Below are positions 1-9,216 of a stretch of DNA of 64,000 nt, in pieces. Numbering within the stretch: position 1 is the stretch's first letter; every line of letters begins with the position of its first letter. Below the pieces are notes generated by a model. That model saw nothing but the letters and a program-made list of their open reading frames with translations, searched no databases and was not told the DNA's origin. The translations under genes and the position numbers were made by a program. This DNA comes from a virus, in IMG/VR virus record IMGVR_UViG_3300017987_000009, positions 1 through 64,000 of that record. One strand, written 5' to 3'.

Positions 1-1
1 C

Positions 2-3000
2 GGCGAGCCGAAGGAGGGCGGCGACCCGATGCACCCGCCGATGAAGGACTTGCCGACCAACGTCAAGAACGCGATCAAGAAGGGGAAGCCCGGCGACGGG
101 CTGGCGAACCACGTGCCCGCTGCCGGGCACTACGCGGCGTGGCTCGCGGCCGACAAGCCGTCGAGGACCGTCCTGACCGGGCGGCACCTCGTCCACCCGA
201 GCGGGAAGCGGTGGATCACCGCGCGCGAGGCCGCGCGGATCCAGGAGATCCCCGACGACTACAAGTTCGCGGTCGGCGAGCCCGGGGCGTGGAAGCTGCT
301 TGGCGACTGCGTGCCCGTTAGCCTGGGCACTGCGGTGTCGAAGAGGCTGCTGTCGTTCGTGTCCAAGGCGGTCGAGCCCCAGGTCGACGCGGCCGAGCTC
401 GCCGCCGGCCTCGAGGAGCTGGAGAAGGGGCTGTGGACCTGCGACGACATGGCGAAGGCCGACCCCGGTCTGCAGGGCCAGGCGCGTCGCGCCGAGCGGT
501 CGGACAAGCTGACGGTCGGCGAGTTCTTCCACATGCCTAAGCCGACGCGGCCGGCGCGGCCGGAGGAACTGCAGACGGTCGAGAACCTGCTCTCGCTGTA
601 CAGGGAGCGCGCGGAGAAGTGGCTGCCGACCTTCGTGCAGAAGAAGTACGACGGCGCCAACCACCAGGCGCACGTCGACGGCGACGACGTCAAGATCTTC
701 TCCGAGGACGGCGACGACAACACCGACCGCCTGCCGGGGATCGTCGAGGCGCTGAAGGCGCTCAAGCCCGACAAGCTGGTCGTGCCGATGGAGATCGAGG
801 CCTGGGCCGGGTCGCAGCACCTCCCGCGCGAGGCCGTCGCCGGCTATCTCAACTCGAAGGACGAGCCGGACGACTCGCACCTGGTCGCGAACATCTACGA
901 CGTCATGTGGGACGGCGACGCCGGCGACATCCACAAGTCGCCTACCGAGGAGAGGCTCGAGCGCCTGGCGGAGCTCGGCGTCCCGCAGAGCACGATGGGC
1001 GCGCCCAGCCTCAAGCACCGGCTGAACGCCGCGCCGAGCGTGAAGGCCGACGACCTCGAGGAGCTCGAGCGCGCGACCCGCAGGATCCGCAAGCTGCCCG
1101 GCTCCGAAGGCGTGGTGTGCAAGCACGCCGACGCGCCGTACCCGCTCGCGGAGACGACACCGGACTCGTGGGTCAAGTACCACAACGCGACGACGATCAA
1201 CGCGGTCGTAGTCGACCGCGAGAAGACGGCGGGAGGCGCATGGGTCTACCACTACGCCGTGAGGCCCGGGAAGGACGACCCGGCCGAGACTGTCGAGGTC
1301 AATGGCGAGAAGCTCGTGCCCGTCGGCCTGACGTTCGCGACCTCGCTCGACATCGGCGACGGCGACGGCATCTTGGTCGAGGCGGAGACCGTGAACCTGG
1401 AGCGGTCGCCAGACGGCGCGAAGCTGTCGGCTTGGGTGCCGCGCGCGATCTCCGAGCACGGCCGCGAGCCGGACACCGTCGACGCGGTCGCGTCGCGCGC
1501 ACGGAAGAACCTCGTCCTGCAGGAGAAGGACGTCGACGACGAAGGGAACGTCGAGTACCGCCCGACGCGAAAGGCGGAGAAGCAGCAGGACCCCTACCTC
1601 GAGGTGCCGCCCGACGAGGACCGGTACAGGTTCTCGGTCCAGCACCACTGGCGCGGCCGGAGCGTTCATGCGGACGTGCGTGTCGAGCTCAAGCCGCGGA
1701 AGCTGCTGATCGGCTGGACGATGAACACGCAGATCAAGGGCGCGGTGAAGGAGCCGGTCACCACGCTGGCGGAGGCGAAGCGGTGGTCGTCGGCGCAGAA
1801 CATCGACAAGGTCTCGAAGGTCGACTGGCGCACCGGCGAGTGGGCGTCGCGCCCGAAGGCCGGCACCGACAAGCTGGTCCGCGCGGAGATCCTGTCCGAG
1901 CGGAAGGCGCCCGAGCCGTGGGCGTGGCTCGACGTCGAGGGCAAGACGAAGGACCCCGAGCCCGGCAAGGCGCCGCCCGTCGGCGGGACGCGCCAGTTCC
2001 CGGGCGTGTTCGACCAGGTCGACGAGGGTTGGGTGGAGTTCGGCGCGCAGAAGCCGTGGTTCCACGAGTACTTCTTCCACGGCGGCGGGCTGAACTACCG
2101 GATGTTCTTCCGGCAGCTGCGGCTGTCGAAGTCGGAGGGGGCGGAGGTGTGCGAGGCGTGCGGGAAGGCCGCGGCTGCGCTGGTCGCGTGGGAGGACGCG
2201 CAGCCCACCGCCCTCTGCCGCGCCTGCGTGGACAGCGCGCTCGAGAAGGCCGACGTCGTCTTGCCGCCGAGCGAGGAGCAGTCGATGCCAGAGGGCGCGG
2301 CGTGGCTCGCGATCTACCCGGACGACCAGCAGCCGTACGTGCTGGACACGGACGCGGTCAAGAAGAAGTGGATGCCGCCCGACGGGCGCTCCGCCATGCC
2401 GAAGGCGGTCCGCTCGCAGGTCCCGGCCGAGCACCGGTTCTGGAAGAAGCGCGGTGAGGCGGCGCGGTCCGCGCGCGACGCGCTGGTAGAGGCGCTGCGA
2501 AAGAAGGAGGTCGAGCTCGACTACTCCGCGCCGTACAAGACGGCGAAAGCGTCGATGCTCGACGCGGACTTTGTCCTGCAGGAGCAGACCTGGAAGGGGC
2601 AGACCCAGGTCCGCGTCGGCCCGACCAGGACGAAGTGGTGGCTGCGCCTCGACGTCGGCCGGCCTGAGCTCGTGGTCGTGGAGCTCGAGCGAAACCCGCT
2701 CGACAACGAGGAGGTCGCCGCGCGGGTCGGCCGCGACCGGCACAAGAGCTCGATGAGCCTCGCCGGCGACGTCCCGCCTGGGCACTACCTCAACCCGACG
2801 AAGGAGACGCCGTCGAACGTCGAGCCGCTCGACCACGGGAAGGCGGAGGTGCTTGACCTGTCCGCCGACCTGCTGAAGGTCAAGCTCAAGGGCAAGCGGC
2901 TGAAAGGGCTGTTCACCGCGTCACGCAACGACGGCGAATGGCTGTGGGCCAGGCCGCAGGCCGCGCCAGGCACCGAGGACGCGGAGAAGCGCGTCGAGTT

Positions 3001-3445
3001 CGAGCTGACCATCCCGGTACACCACGTCGAGATCAAGAAGGCGAGGGACGGGAGGGAGAAGCGCCTGGTCACCGGGGTCGTGCTCGAGCCCGACGAGGTC
3101 GACGCGCAGGAGGACTGGGAGCGCGAGGAGACGATCGAGCGCGCGGCGCACGGTTTCCTCAAGGATTACAACAAGCCGGCGTCGGATGACGGCACCCAGC
3201 TTGGCCTGATGCACAGGGCGTTCGGCGACATCGGCCTCGAGCTAGTCGAGTCGTACGTCGCGCCGGCGGACCTCCAGCTGGGCGGGAAGTCGAAGGACAA
3301 GAAGGTCAAAAGAGGCAGCTGGGTGATGACAGTCCACGTCGTCGATGATACAAGGTGGAAAGAGGTCAAGGCCGGCAAGCTAACCGGATTCAGCGTAGGA
3401 GGCGTCGCGACGGTCGCGGGCAAGCGGAACGATGGGCAACAGTAA
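2..3445 (+). CDS. 5'-truncated multidomain head protein: C5 DNA methyltransferase C-terminus + ATP-dependent DNA ligase + LigD phosphoesterase-like domains + XkdF-type prohead serine protease
   Basis: Frame open from nt 2. HPSGKRWITAREAARIQEIPDDYKF..LLGDCVP (MTase motifs IX/X); QKKYDG, NIYDVM, EGVVCK, WVKY (ligase); FSVQHHWRGRSVHADVRVE (LigD PE); KRLVTGVVLEPDEVDAQED..GLMH..KRGSWVM..LTGFSVGG (XkdF-like). Confidence 0.85.
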   Translation, partial: GEPKEGGDPMHPPMKDLPTNVKNAIKKGKPGDGLANHVPAAGHYAAWLAADKPSRTVLTGRHLVHPSGKRWITAREAARIQEIPDDYKFAVGEPGAWKLLGDCVPVSLGTAVSKRLLSFVSKAVEPQVDAAELAAGLEELEKGLWTCDDMAKADPGLQGQARRAERSDKLTVGEFFHMPKPTRPARPEELQTVENLLSLYRERAEKWLPTFVQKKYDGANHQAHVDGDDVKIFSEDGDDNTDRLPGIVEALKALKPDKLVVPMEIEAWAGSQHLPREAVAGYLNSKDEPDDSHLVANIYDVMWDGDAGDIHKSPTEERLERLAELGVPQSTMGAPSLKHRLNAAPSVKADDLEELERATRRIRKLPGSEGVVCKHADAPYPLAETTPDSWVKYHNATTINAVVVDREKTAGGAWVYHYAVRPGKDDPAETVEVNGEKLVPVGLTFATSLDIGDGDGILVEAETVNLERSPDGAKLSAWVPRAISEHGREPDTVDAVASRARKNLVLQEKDVDDEGNVEYRPTRKAEKQQDPYLEVPPDEDRYRFSVQHHWRGRSVHADVRVELKPRKLLIGWTMNTQIKGAVKEPVTTLAEAKRWSSAQNIDKVSKVDWRTGEWASRPKAGTDKLVRAEILSERKAPEPWAWLDVEGKTKDPEPGKAPPVGGTRQFPGVFDQVDEGWVEFGAQKPWFHEYFFHGGGLNYRMFFRQLRLSKSEGAEVCEACGKAAAALVAWEDAQPTALCRACVDSALEKADVVLPPSEEQSMPEGAAWLAIYPDDQQPYVLDTDAVKKKWMPPDGRSAMPKAVRSQVPAEHRFWKKRGEAARSARDALVEALRKKEVELDYSAPYKTAKASMLDADFVLQEQTWKGQTQVRVGPTRTKWWLRLDVGRPELVVVELERNPLDNEEVAARVGRDRHKSSMSLAGDVPPGHYLNPTKETPSNVEPLDHGKAEVLDLSADLLKVKLKGKRLKGLFTASRNDGEWLWARPQAAPGTEDAEKRVEFELTIPVHHVEIKKARDGREKRLVTGVVLEPDEVDAQEDWEREETIERAAHGFLKDYNKPASDDGTQLGLMHRAFGDIGLELVESYVAPADLQLGGKSKDKKVKRGSWVMTVHVVDDTRWKEVKAGKLTGFSVGGVATVAGKRNDGQQ

Positions 3446-4415
3446 CGGCAAACCTGGAGACCTTGACAAGCAGGACGCCCGCGAGATACTAGATCTACGG
3501 GTCAGAGAGGTGTCCCTCGTAGACCGGCCGGCGATCCGGCGCAGTTTCCTGGTTGTAAAACGACAAGAGGAGGATGAGATGGGAGCTTTCCAGGGTGACA
3601 CGGGCAGCGGTGCCGAGGTCGACGAGGTCATCGAGAAGATGGACTGGCACGACATCGACGTCGAGAAGGCGCTGCCGGCCGATCTGGCCAGCGCGATCAA
3701 GGAGGCGGTGGCTTTCATGAAGAAGGCCGCGGGCGAGGAGGGGGCTCCCGCCGACGCGCTCAAGCGCGTGGCCGCGTTCCTCTCGAAGGTCGCGGGCGGC
3801 AAGTACCCGTACCCGAAGCCGGCCGGCAAGACCGACGGCGACGGCGACGGCGACGGCAAGACCGGCGACGGCGACACCTCCAAGCAGGAGAAGTGCCCGG
3901 AGTGCGGCGCGCAGATGAAGGACGGCGTCTGCCCCGAGTGCGGCTACAAGGCCAAGGCCAAGACCCAGAAGTCCGAGGGCCTGACCGTGACCGTCTTGCC
4001 GGACGGCCAGGTGCAGGTGAGCGGCGAGCCGGTCGAGAAGGGCGGCAAGCAGTTCACCGCCGAGCGCATCGCGGGTGTCGGCGCCATCGCGAAGCAGGCG
4101 ATGTCGCTGCTCGCGGAGACCGACCCCGATACGGCGAAGGCGATCATCGCCGAGCTGGTCAAGGCCACGCTGCCGGCCGACCTGAAGTGGACGCAGGGCA
4201 CGCACGCGGTCCCGGCCTCCGTCAAGAAGGAGGACATCGAGGCGGCGGTGAAGGCGGCGGTCGAGCCCATCACGAAGAAGGTCGACGACATCGGCAACAA
4301 GGTCGAGGACATCACCAAGACGCGCGGGGAGCCGAAGTCCGGTGACGGCGACGACGCCGCCGACCAGGAGCCCACGCAGAAGAGCGAGAACTTCTGGAAG
4401 GACTTGCCCCTCTAG
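3432..4415 (+). CDS. Capsid scaffolding protein with N-terminal protease strand (EVSLVDRPA) and zinc ribbon
   Basis: Lies between protease and capsid genes. LDLRVREVSLVDRPA motif, CPECG..CPECG, coiled-coil-like C-terminal half. Second in-frame ATG at 3579 with strong SD GAGGAGG at 3567-3573. Confidence 0.8.
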   Translation: MGNSNGKPGDLDKQDAREILDLRVREVSLVDRPAIRRSFLVVKRQEEDEMGAFQGDTGSGAEVDEVIEKMDWHDIDVEKALPADLASAIKEAVAFMKKAAGEEGAPADALKRVAAFLSKVAGGKYPYPKPAGKTDGDGDGDGKTGDGDTSKQEKCPECGAQMKDGVCPECGYKAKAKTQKSEGLTVTVLPDGQVQVSGEPVEKGGKQFTAERIAGVGAIAKQAMSLLAETDPDTAKAIIAELVKATLPADLKWTQGTHAVPASVKKEDIEAAVKAAVEPITKKVDDIGNKVEDITKTRGEPKSGDGDDAADQEPTQKSENFWKDLPL

Positions 4416-4474
4416 GCCAGGGCTTCCAAAGGTCAGCGAACGGCAACCTAGTCAGTCAGTTCAAGGAGGAGAGG

Positions 4475-5668
4475 ATGACAAACGAGGAGTTGATCCAGAA
4501 GGCGATCACCGTCGCGGAGGCGCTGGTCACGCAGGGGAAGCTCAACCCGGCCCAGGCCGACAAGTTCATCGACTACGTCATCGACGAGTCCGTGATGCAG
4601 AACAACGTCCGGGTCGCGCGGTTCCGGAACGAAGAGTTGCACATCGACAAGATCGGCATCGGCAAGCGCGTGATGCACCCGGCGGTCGAGTACCAGGCCC
4701 CGGAGCGGCGCCTCGGCGTGTCGACCTCGCAGGTCAAGCTGAGCCCCCAGGAGGTCATCACCGCGTTCGACATCGGGGACAGCTTCAAGGAGCTGAACCT
4801 CGAGGGCGAGTCGGTGCAGGACCGGATCATCCGCATGTTCGCCACCGGCTGGCGGAACGACGCGGAGCTCCTGGAGCTGAACGGGGACACGGTCGGCCAG
4901 GCGTCGCTCGAGGGCGACGTCTGGGACGGCGGGTCGACCACGCAGTACATCAAGGACGACCTGCTCTCGATGTTCGACGGCTGGCTGCGGCTGTCAGACG
5001 GGGCCCACCTCGTCGACGTCCAGGGCGCCAACATCGGGCTGTCCGTCTTCGGGCAGATGATCCGGGCCATGCCTCAGAAGTTCCGGAGGAACAAGAAGGA
5101 GCTGCGGTTCTTCATGAGCTCCGACCTGGCGCAGATCTACATCGAGAAGATCGCGACCCGCATGACCGACAAGGGCGACAAGGCGGCCGAGGGCGAGACC
5201 CAGACGCCGTTCGGCATCCCCATCGTCGAGGTCCCGCTGATGGACCACCAGCCGACCGTCGTGGAGAGCGTCACGCTGGACGACGTGACCCCGGTCTCGC
5301 TCCGGTACGCGCCGGTGTCGAACGTCGTGGTCCTGCCCGACGCCCTCGACAAGACGCCCACCACGCCGTACCCGAACAACCTGACGGGCGGCGCGATCGT
5401 GAACGAGGCGGCGGGCACGCTCCTGTCGTTCGACAGCGGCAGCGGCCTCGACGGCGTCACCGTCAAGGTGACGTACTCCGCGCAGCCCATGCTCATGCTG
5501 ACGCACTGGCAGAACTTCATCATCGGCATCGGTCGCGACATCCGCATCGAGAAGCAGCGGAACATCCACAAGCGCGCCGACGAGTACGTCGTGACCGGCA
5601 AGCTCTCCGTGCAGATGGAGGAGCTGGACGCCGTCGTCAAGGCCTACAACGTCGGGCTCGGGGTCTAG
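4475..5668 (+). CDS. Major capsid protein (HK97 fold, XkdG-like)
   Basis: GKLNPAQADKFIDYVIDES N-terminus, LTHWQNFIIGIGRDIRIE C-terminal motif, strong SD GGGAGGAGAGG, position after scaffold. Confidence 0.92.
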   Translation: MTNEELIQKAITVAEALVTQGKLNPAQADKFIDYVIDESVMQNNVRVARFRNEELHIDKIGIGKRVMHPAVEYQAPERRLGVSTSQVKLSPQEVITAFDIGDSFKELNLEGESVQDRIIRMFATGWRNDAELLELNGDTVGQASLEGDVWDGGSTTQYIKDDLLSMFDGWLRLSDGAHLVDVQGANIGLSVFGQMIRAMPQKFRRNKKELRFFMSSDLAQIYIEKIATRMTDKGDKAAEGETQTPFGIPIVEVPLMDHQPTVVESVTLDDVTPVSLRYAPVSNVVVLPDALDKTPTTPYPNNLTGGAIVNEAAGTLLSFDSGSGLDGVTVKVTYSAQPMLMLTHWQNFIIGIGRDIRIEKQRNIHKRADEYVVTGKLSVQMEELDAVVKAYNVGLGV

Positions 5669-5681
5669 AGCTAACCAATAA

Positions 5682-5753
5682 ACGGCGGGTGGCGGCGTCA
5701 GCGTACGGGGCGCCGCCGTCCTAGCACCTCCGTACGACGCATCCGATTGGAGG
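5682..5753 (+). promoter_or_regulatory. Structured intergenic RNA after the capsid gene (alternative stems, anti-SD)
   Basis: Stem GGCGGCGTC 5691-5699 / GGCGCCGCC 5709-5717; CCTCC 5727-5731 complementary to SD GGAGG 5749-5753. Confidence 0.45.
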
Positions 5754-5763
5754 AATCTCAAGG

Positions 5764-6054
5764 ATGGCACACGCAAACGTGGTACTGAAGGGCAGCCTCT
5801 CGCACACCGTGCGGCTGCCGGGGACCTCGAGGGAGCTGAAGCTCGAGAAGAACAAGCCGTACCCGACGGCTGACCAGGCGCTGATCGACTACTGCAAGTC
5901 CAGGAAGCAGCTGTTCCTCGTGACCGAGACGGAGCCGGCGCCGGCCGAGAAGGCGAGCGGCGGCGACAAGCCGGCCGCGCGCGGCAAGCCCGGCAAGTCC
6001 GGCAAGTCCGGCAAGCGCGGGGGCGGGAAAGAGAAGGTGACCGGTGAGGACTAG
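5764..6054 (+). CDS. Hypothetical protein with Lys/Gly-rich tail
   Basis: SD + ATG, GC3-rich codons, directly after capsid gene. Confidence 0.75.
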   Translation: MAHANVVLKGSLSHTVRLPGTSRELKLEKNKPYPTADQALIDYCKSRKQLFLVTETEPAPAEKASGGDKPAARGKPGKSGKSGKRGGGKEKVTGED

Positions 6055-6361
6055 GGCGGTCACGGTTCCGGCCACTGTCGGGCCGGTCCAGGTCGAGGGC
6101 TTCCCGAAGGAGTGCAAGCGCAGGGGCTCGCTCCACCTCCGGCCGTCTACGGTCGAGCATCTGACGGACGCCGAGATCGCGCATGTCAAGAAGGCGCGGC
6201 CAGACGTCGCGGCGAAGCTCGTGGTGCAGGGCGACGCGCCTGTTCCGAAGGTGGAGGCCGCGCCTCCGCCGCCCGCGTACGAGCCGCCCACGCCGACCGA
6301 GAACGCCTTCGGCACGGGCGGCAGAGGCAAGAAGGGCAAGCGAGGCGGGAGCTCGAGCTAA
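6044..6361 (+). CDS. Hypothetical protein with Pro-rich and Lys/Gly-rich tail
   Basis: Overlaps upstream gene end, typical codon usage. Confidence 0.7.
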   Translation: MRTRAVTVPATVGPVQVEGFPKECKRRGSLHLRPSTVEHLTDAEIAHVKKARPDVAAKLVVQGDAPVPKVEAAPPPPAYEPPTPTENAFGTGGRGKKGKRGGSSS

Positions 6362-6382
6362 GGTCCGCCGAAAGGAGGGCCG

Positions 6383-6748
6383 GTGCTCTGTGTCCACCTC
6401 GCGAGCGGCCGCACGCTCCGCTTCGACCTGGCTGACGAGGGCCAGACGCGCGAGTGGCGCGACCGCGCCGGCGATCGCTCTTTCCAGTCGGAGGTTCGCG
6501 GCCTGACCATCCGGCACAACGGGGTGCAGTACTCGCTGCCTAGGCCGGACGGCTTCGGCCGCGTGTTCATGTTCGCGGAGAGGCTCGAGCCCGACGAGGG
6601 CCAGAAGTTCAAGGGAGGCGAGCGCCTCGTTTTGCAGGCCGGCGACGTGCGGCTGGTCGTGATGGCTCACGAGGCGCAGCGCGCGTCGCGAGTTAGCCTT
6701 ACCAAGACGGGGACCGTAGTGTACAATCCTCTTGAGCGGAGAGGTTGA
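6383..6748 (+). CDS. Hypothetical protein
   Basis: SD AAAGGAGG then GTG; typical codon usage. Confidence 0.7.
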   Translation: MLCVHLASGRTLRFDLADEGQTREWRDRAGDRSFQSEVRGLTIRHNGVQYSLPRPDGFGRVFMFAERLEPDEGQKFKGGERLVLQAGDVRLVVMAHEAQRASRVSLTKTGTVVYNPLERRG

Positions 6749-6749
6749 A

Positions 6750-8630
6750 ATGGCGACGCGCGCAGACCACCCGATAGACCTGCTGACCCAGACGAACTGG
6801 GATGACGTCGCGGCGTCGGGCAAGCCGACGGCCGAGAACAAGAGCATGGCCGCGCTCGCCACCTCGGGCGACGGCGACCTCGCCTGCAACACGGCGATGG
6901 CGAAGACCCCGGTGTTCGGCGGGTACGTGGTCCCGTACATCCGCGGCATCGCTGTCACGATCGGCAACGGAACGAAGGACAAGTGCTGCTACCTGTCGGG
7001 CGATGGCGGGGCAACGGCCCGGGCGTTCGCCGACGTTGCTGCTGGCGACAAGCTGTACTGGAATCCGACGGTCGCGGGTTACAATCTACAAGCCGGATGG
7101 CGGATCGACCTGTACTACTTGGAATCGTATAGCGGGGCCATCGGCGGCGGTGGCGCGAGCGTGTCGAGCATTGTCACGACCGGCGCGATCGAGTTGTGGG
7201 TGCGACCGGTGGACGGCGACGATTCGAACAGCGGAACGAGTTCGTCTACGCCGCTCGCGACGATCCAGGCGGCGATCAACAAGATCCCGCCGATCGTGCT
7301 GCACAAGGTCGTGATCCATGTTGGGATGCACACGGGCAGCGCACACGCGGCGTGGTTGCTTGGCCCGCGCCAACTGCGCGCCAACATTTGGATTCTCTTC
7401 GATGGCGGTGGCACGGTCGGCGATGATGGATTTACCGAGCTGTTGGCAGCCGAACAGCTGTCTAGCGTCCCTACTCAGGGCCATGTCCAGTTCTTGCAGT
7501 TGAACACGATTCACGAATACCGAGGCAAGACGCTGGAGATTGTCGACGGCTCTGGTGCTGGCGATCGACGCACGATCCAAGACAGCGAACCATCCGGCGG
7601 GATCAATCAATGGCTGGAGGTCTACACGTGCGCCGACTTATCGAGCGGCGTTGCGCCTGGCGACATTGCGCGGATCGTCGAGCCGAAGGCGGCGATGTAT
7701 CTACCGCCTGCGCTCAATGGGCGTGCCAACGAGTACAGGGCGATCGTCACCGGCTGTGGGAATGGCGGCAGCGACTACTACTCCCAGGACTACAGCGGCA
7801 AGGTCTTCGTCGTGAACGCCAAGATCAAGCCGGATCCTTCTCTGGCCGTGGGAGCCGTGGCGTGCCTGGACTCGACCGTCGTGTTCCTCGGCTGCGAACT
7901 CGATCCGCTCACGCTGATCGCGACGTCGAACTCCTCGCGCATGATGTACGGCATCGAGGACGGCGCTTACGACTACTGGGTGCCGAGCGCCGTAGACGAC
8001 GGCGTTGGAGCGGTGCAGAGATCGTCCTGGTACGGGTGGGGCATCTACTGCCCAGATGGTCCGGCCGGGTACTACTTCGGAGGGGCGCCAGAGAGGGGGC
8101 ACCACCACCACGCCGGGATCATCGTGGCGTCGCAGGCGAACTTCTACTACTCCAGCGTCGAGGTGTTCGGCGGCAACTTCTTCGGCGACGCCGGGGAGAG
8201 CGGCGGGTCGGTCGACGTCGGCCTCAGCCGGGTGTCGCTCACCTCCAAGGGCGCGAACAAGACGCTTGTCTACGGTCCGCGCGCCGACAAGTCCGCGATC
8301 CGCTGCTGGCTGCGCGGTGAGCTGTTCATCCAGTACACGAAGATCACCGGCATAGGCGACGGGATAGTGGTGGAGCAGGAGAGCCTGTGCGACGGGTTCT
8401 ACAGCGCGGCCTACACCGAGATAGACGTCAGCGGGTTCGGCATCAGGATGCGGAAGTCTGGAAAGCTTGGGGTCGGCGTTAGTGGCGGTGGCGACGCCGG
8501 GGCGATCGTCGGGGCGGCTGGCGACATCTCGATGGACGACGGCGCCTCGTCGTTCGGAGGGGAAACCGTTACGAGCGGCACCAGCAAGTTCGAGGGTGAC
8601 CCGCACGGCACGGCGTTGTGGGGAAGATAG
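6750..8630 (+). CDS. Virion fibre/spike-like structural protein (beta-rich)
   Basis: SD GAGAGG + ATG 6750. WVRPVDGDDSNSGTSSSTPLATIQAAINKIP is a motif that typically precedes beta-helix domains. Gly-rich, with a lower-GC middle. Confidence 0.6.
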   Translation: MATRADHPIDLLTQTNWDDVAASGKPTAENKSMAALATSGDGDLACNTAMAKTPVFGGYVVPYIRGIAVTIGNGTKDKCCYLSGDGGATARAFADVAAGDKLYWNPTVAGYNLQAGWRIDLYYLESYSGAIGGGGASVSSIVTTGAIELWVRPVDGDDSNSGTSSSTPLATIQAAINKIPPIVLHKVVIHVGMHTGSAHAAWLLGPRQLRANIWILFDGGGTVGDDGFTELLAAEQLSSVPTQGHVQFLQLNTIHEYRGKTLEIVDGSGAGDRRTIQDSEPSGGINQWLEVYTCADLSSGVAPGDIARIVEPKAAMYLPPALNGRANEYRAIVTGCGNGGSDYYSQDYSGKVFVVNAKIKPDPSLAVGAVACLDSTVVFLGCELDPLTLIATSNSSRMMYGIEDGAYDYWVPSAVDDGVGAVQRSSWYGWGIYCPDGPAGYYFGGAPERGHHHHAGIIVASQANFYYSSVEVFGGNFFGDAGESGGSVDVGLSRVSLTSKGANKTLVYGPRADKSAIRCWLRGELFIQYTKITGIGDGIVVEQESLCDGFYSAAYTEIDVSGFGIRMRKSGKLGVGVSGGGDAGAIVGAAGDISMDDGASSFGGETVTSGTSKFEGDPHGTALWGR

Positions 8631-8634
8631 GCCG

Positions 8635-8766
8635 ATGGCGATAGACAAGGATAAAGCAGCGGAGCAGTTCCGGCGGATGCTCGAACAGCTACCCTTGTCA
8701 CCGGACGAGGTGGACGAGCGCGTGAGCAAGATGATCGAGTGGATCGAGGAACAGGAGGAGGAGTGA
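8635..8766 (+). CDS. Small acidic hypothetical protein (43 aa)
   Basis: ATG 8635 fills the gap; stop overlaps the next GTG. Confidence 0.5.
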   Translation: MAIDKDKAAEQFRRMLEQLPLSPDEVDERVSKMIEWIEEQEEE

Positions 8767-9203
8767 GCGACGAGGGCCGCATACATCCTGATCAGATAGA
8801 GTCGGGCGGCGCAAGCCTCGACGAGATCCTGGTCTGGAACGGCTCCGCATGGGTGCCCGGTCCGCAGAGCGGTGGCGCGCAGGAGCAGCACGACCTCCTC
8901 GACAACGACTCGACCTACATCGTGGTCGGTGATATCACCTCGGACAAGGTCGTCCTCGTCCACTACTCCTTTCAGCTTCCGATCTCGGGACGGCAACGGA
9001 ACGGGACGTTGACGGTATCGCACGACGGCAGCACGCCCACGATCGATGAGGACTATTACTACGAGCTGGGTGATGAGATAACTTCCGTGACGTTCGGCAC
9101 GACCATCTCGGGCAGCGAGTTGCGCGTGACCATCGTCACTTCCAGCGTGGGGGAGAACCCGAAGCTGGTTTACCGAAGGGTTAGACTAGGCATCGCAGCC
9201 TAG
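8763..9203 (+). CDS. Hypothetical virion protein
   Basis: GTG 8763 after GGAGGAG; ILVWNGSAWVPG fibre-type repeat motif. Confidence 0.65.
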   Translation: MSDEGRIHPDQIESGGASLDEILVWNGSAWVPGPQSGGAQEQHDLLDNDSTYIVVGDITSDKVVLVHYSFQLPISGRQRNGTLTVSHDGSTPTIDEDYYYELGDEITSVTFGTTISGSELRVTIVTSSVGENPKLVYRRVRLGIAA

Positions 9204-9216
9204 AAGGAGCGAGACA

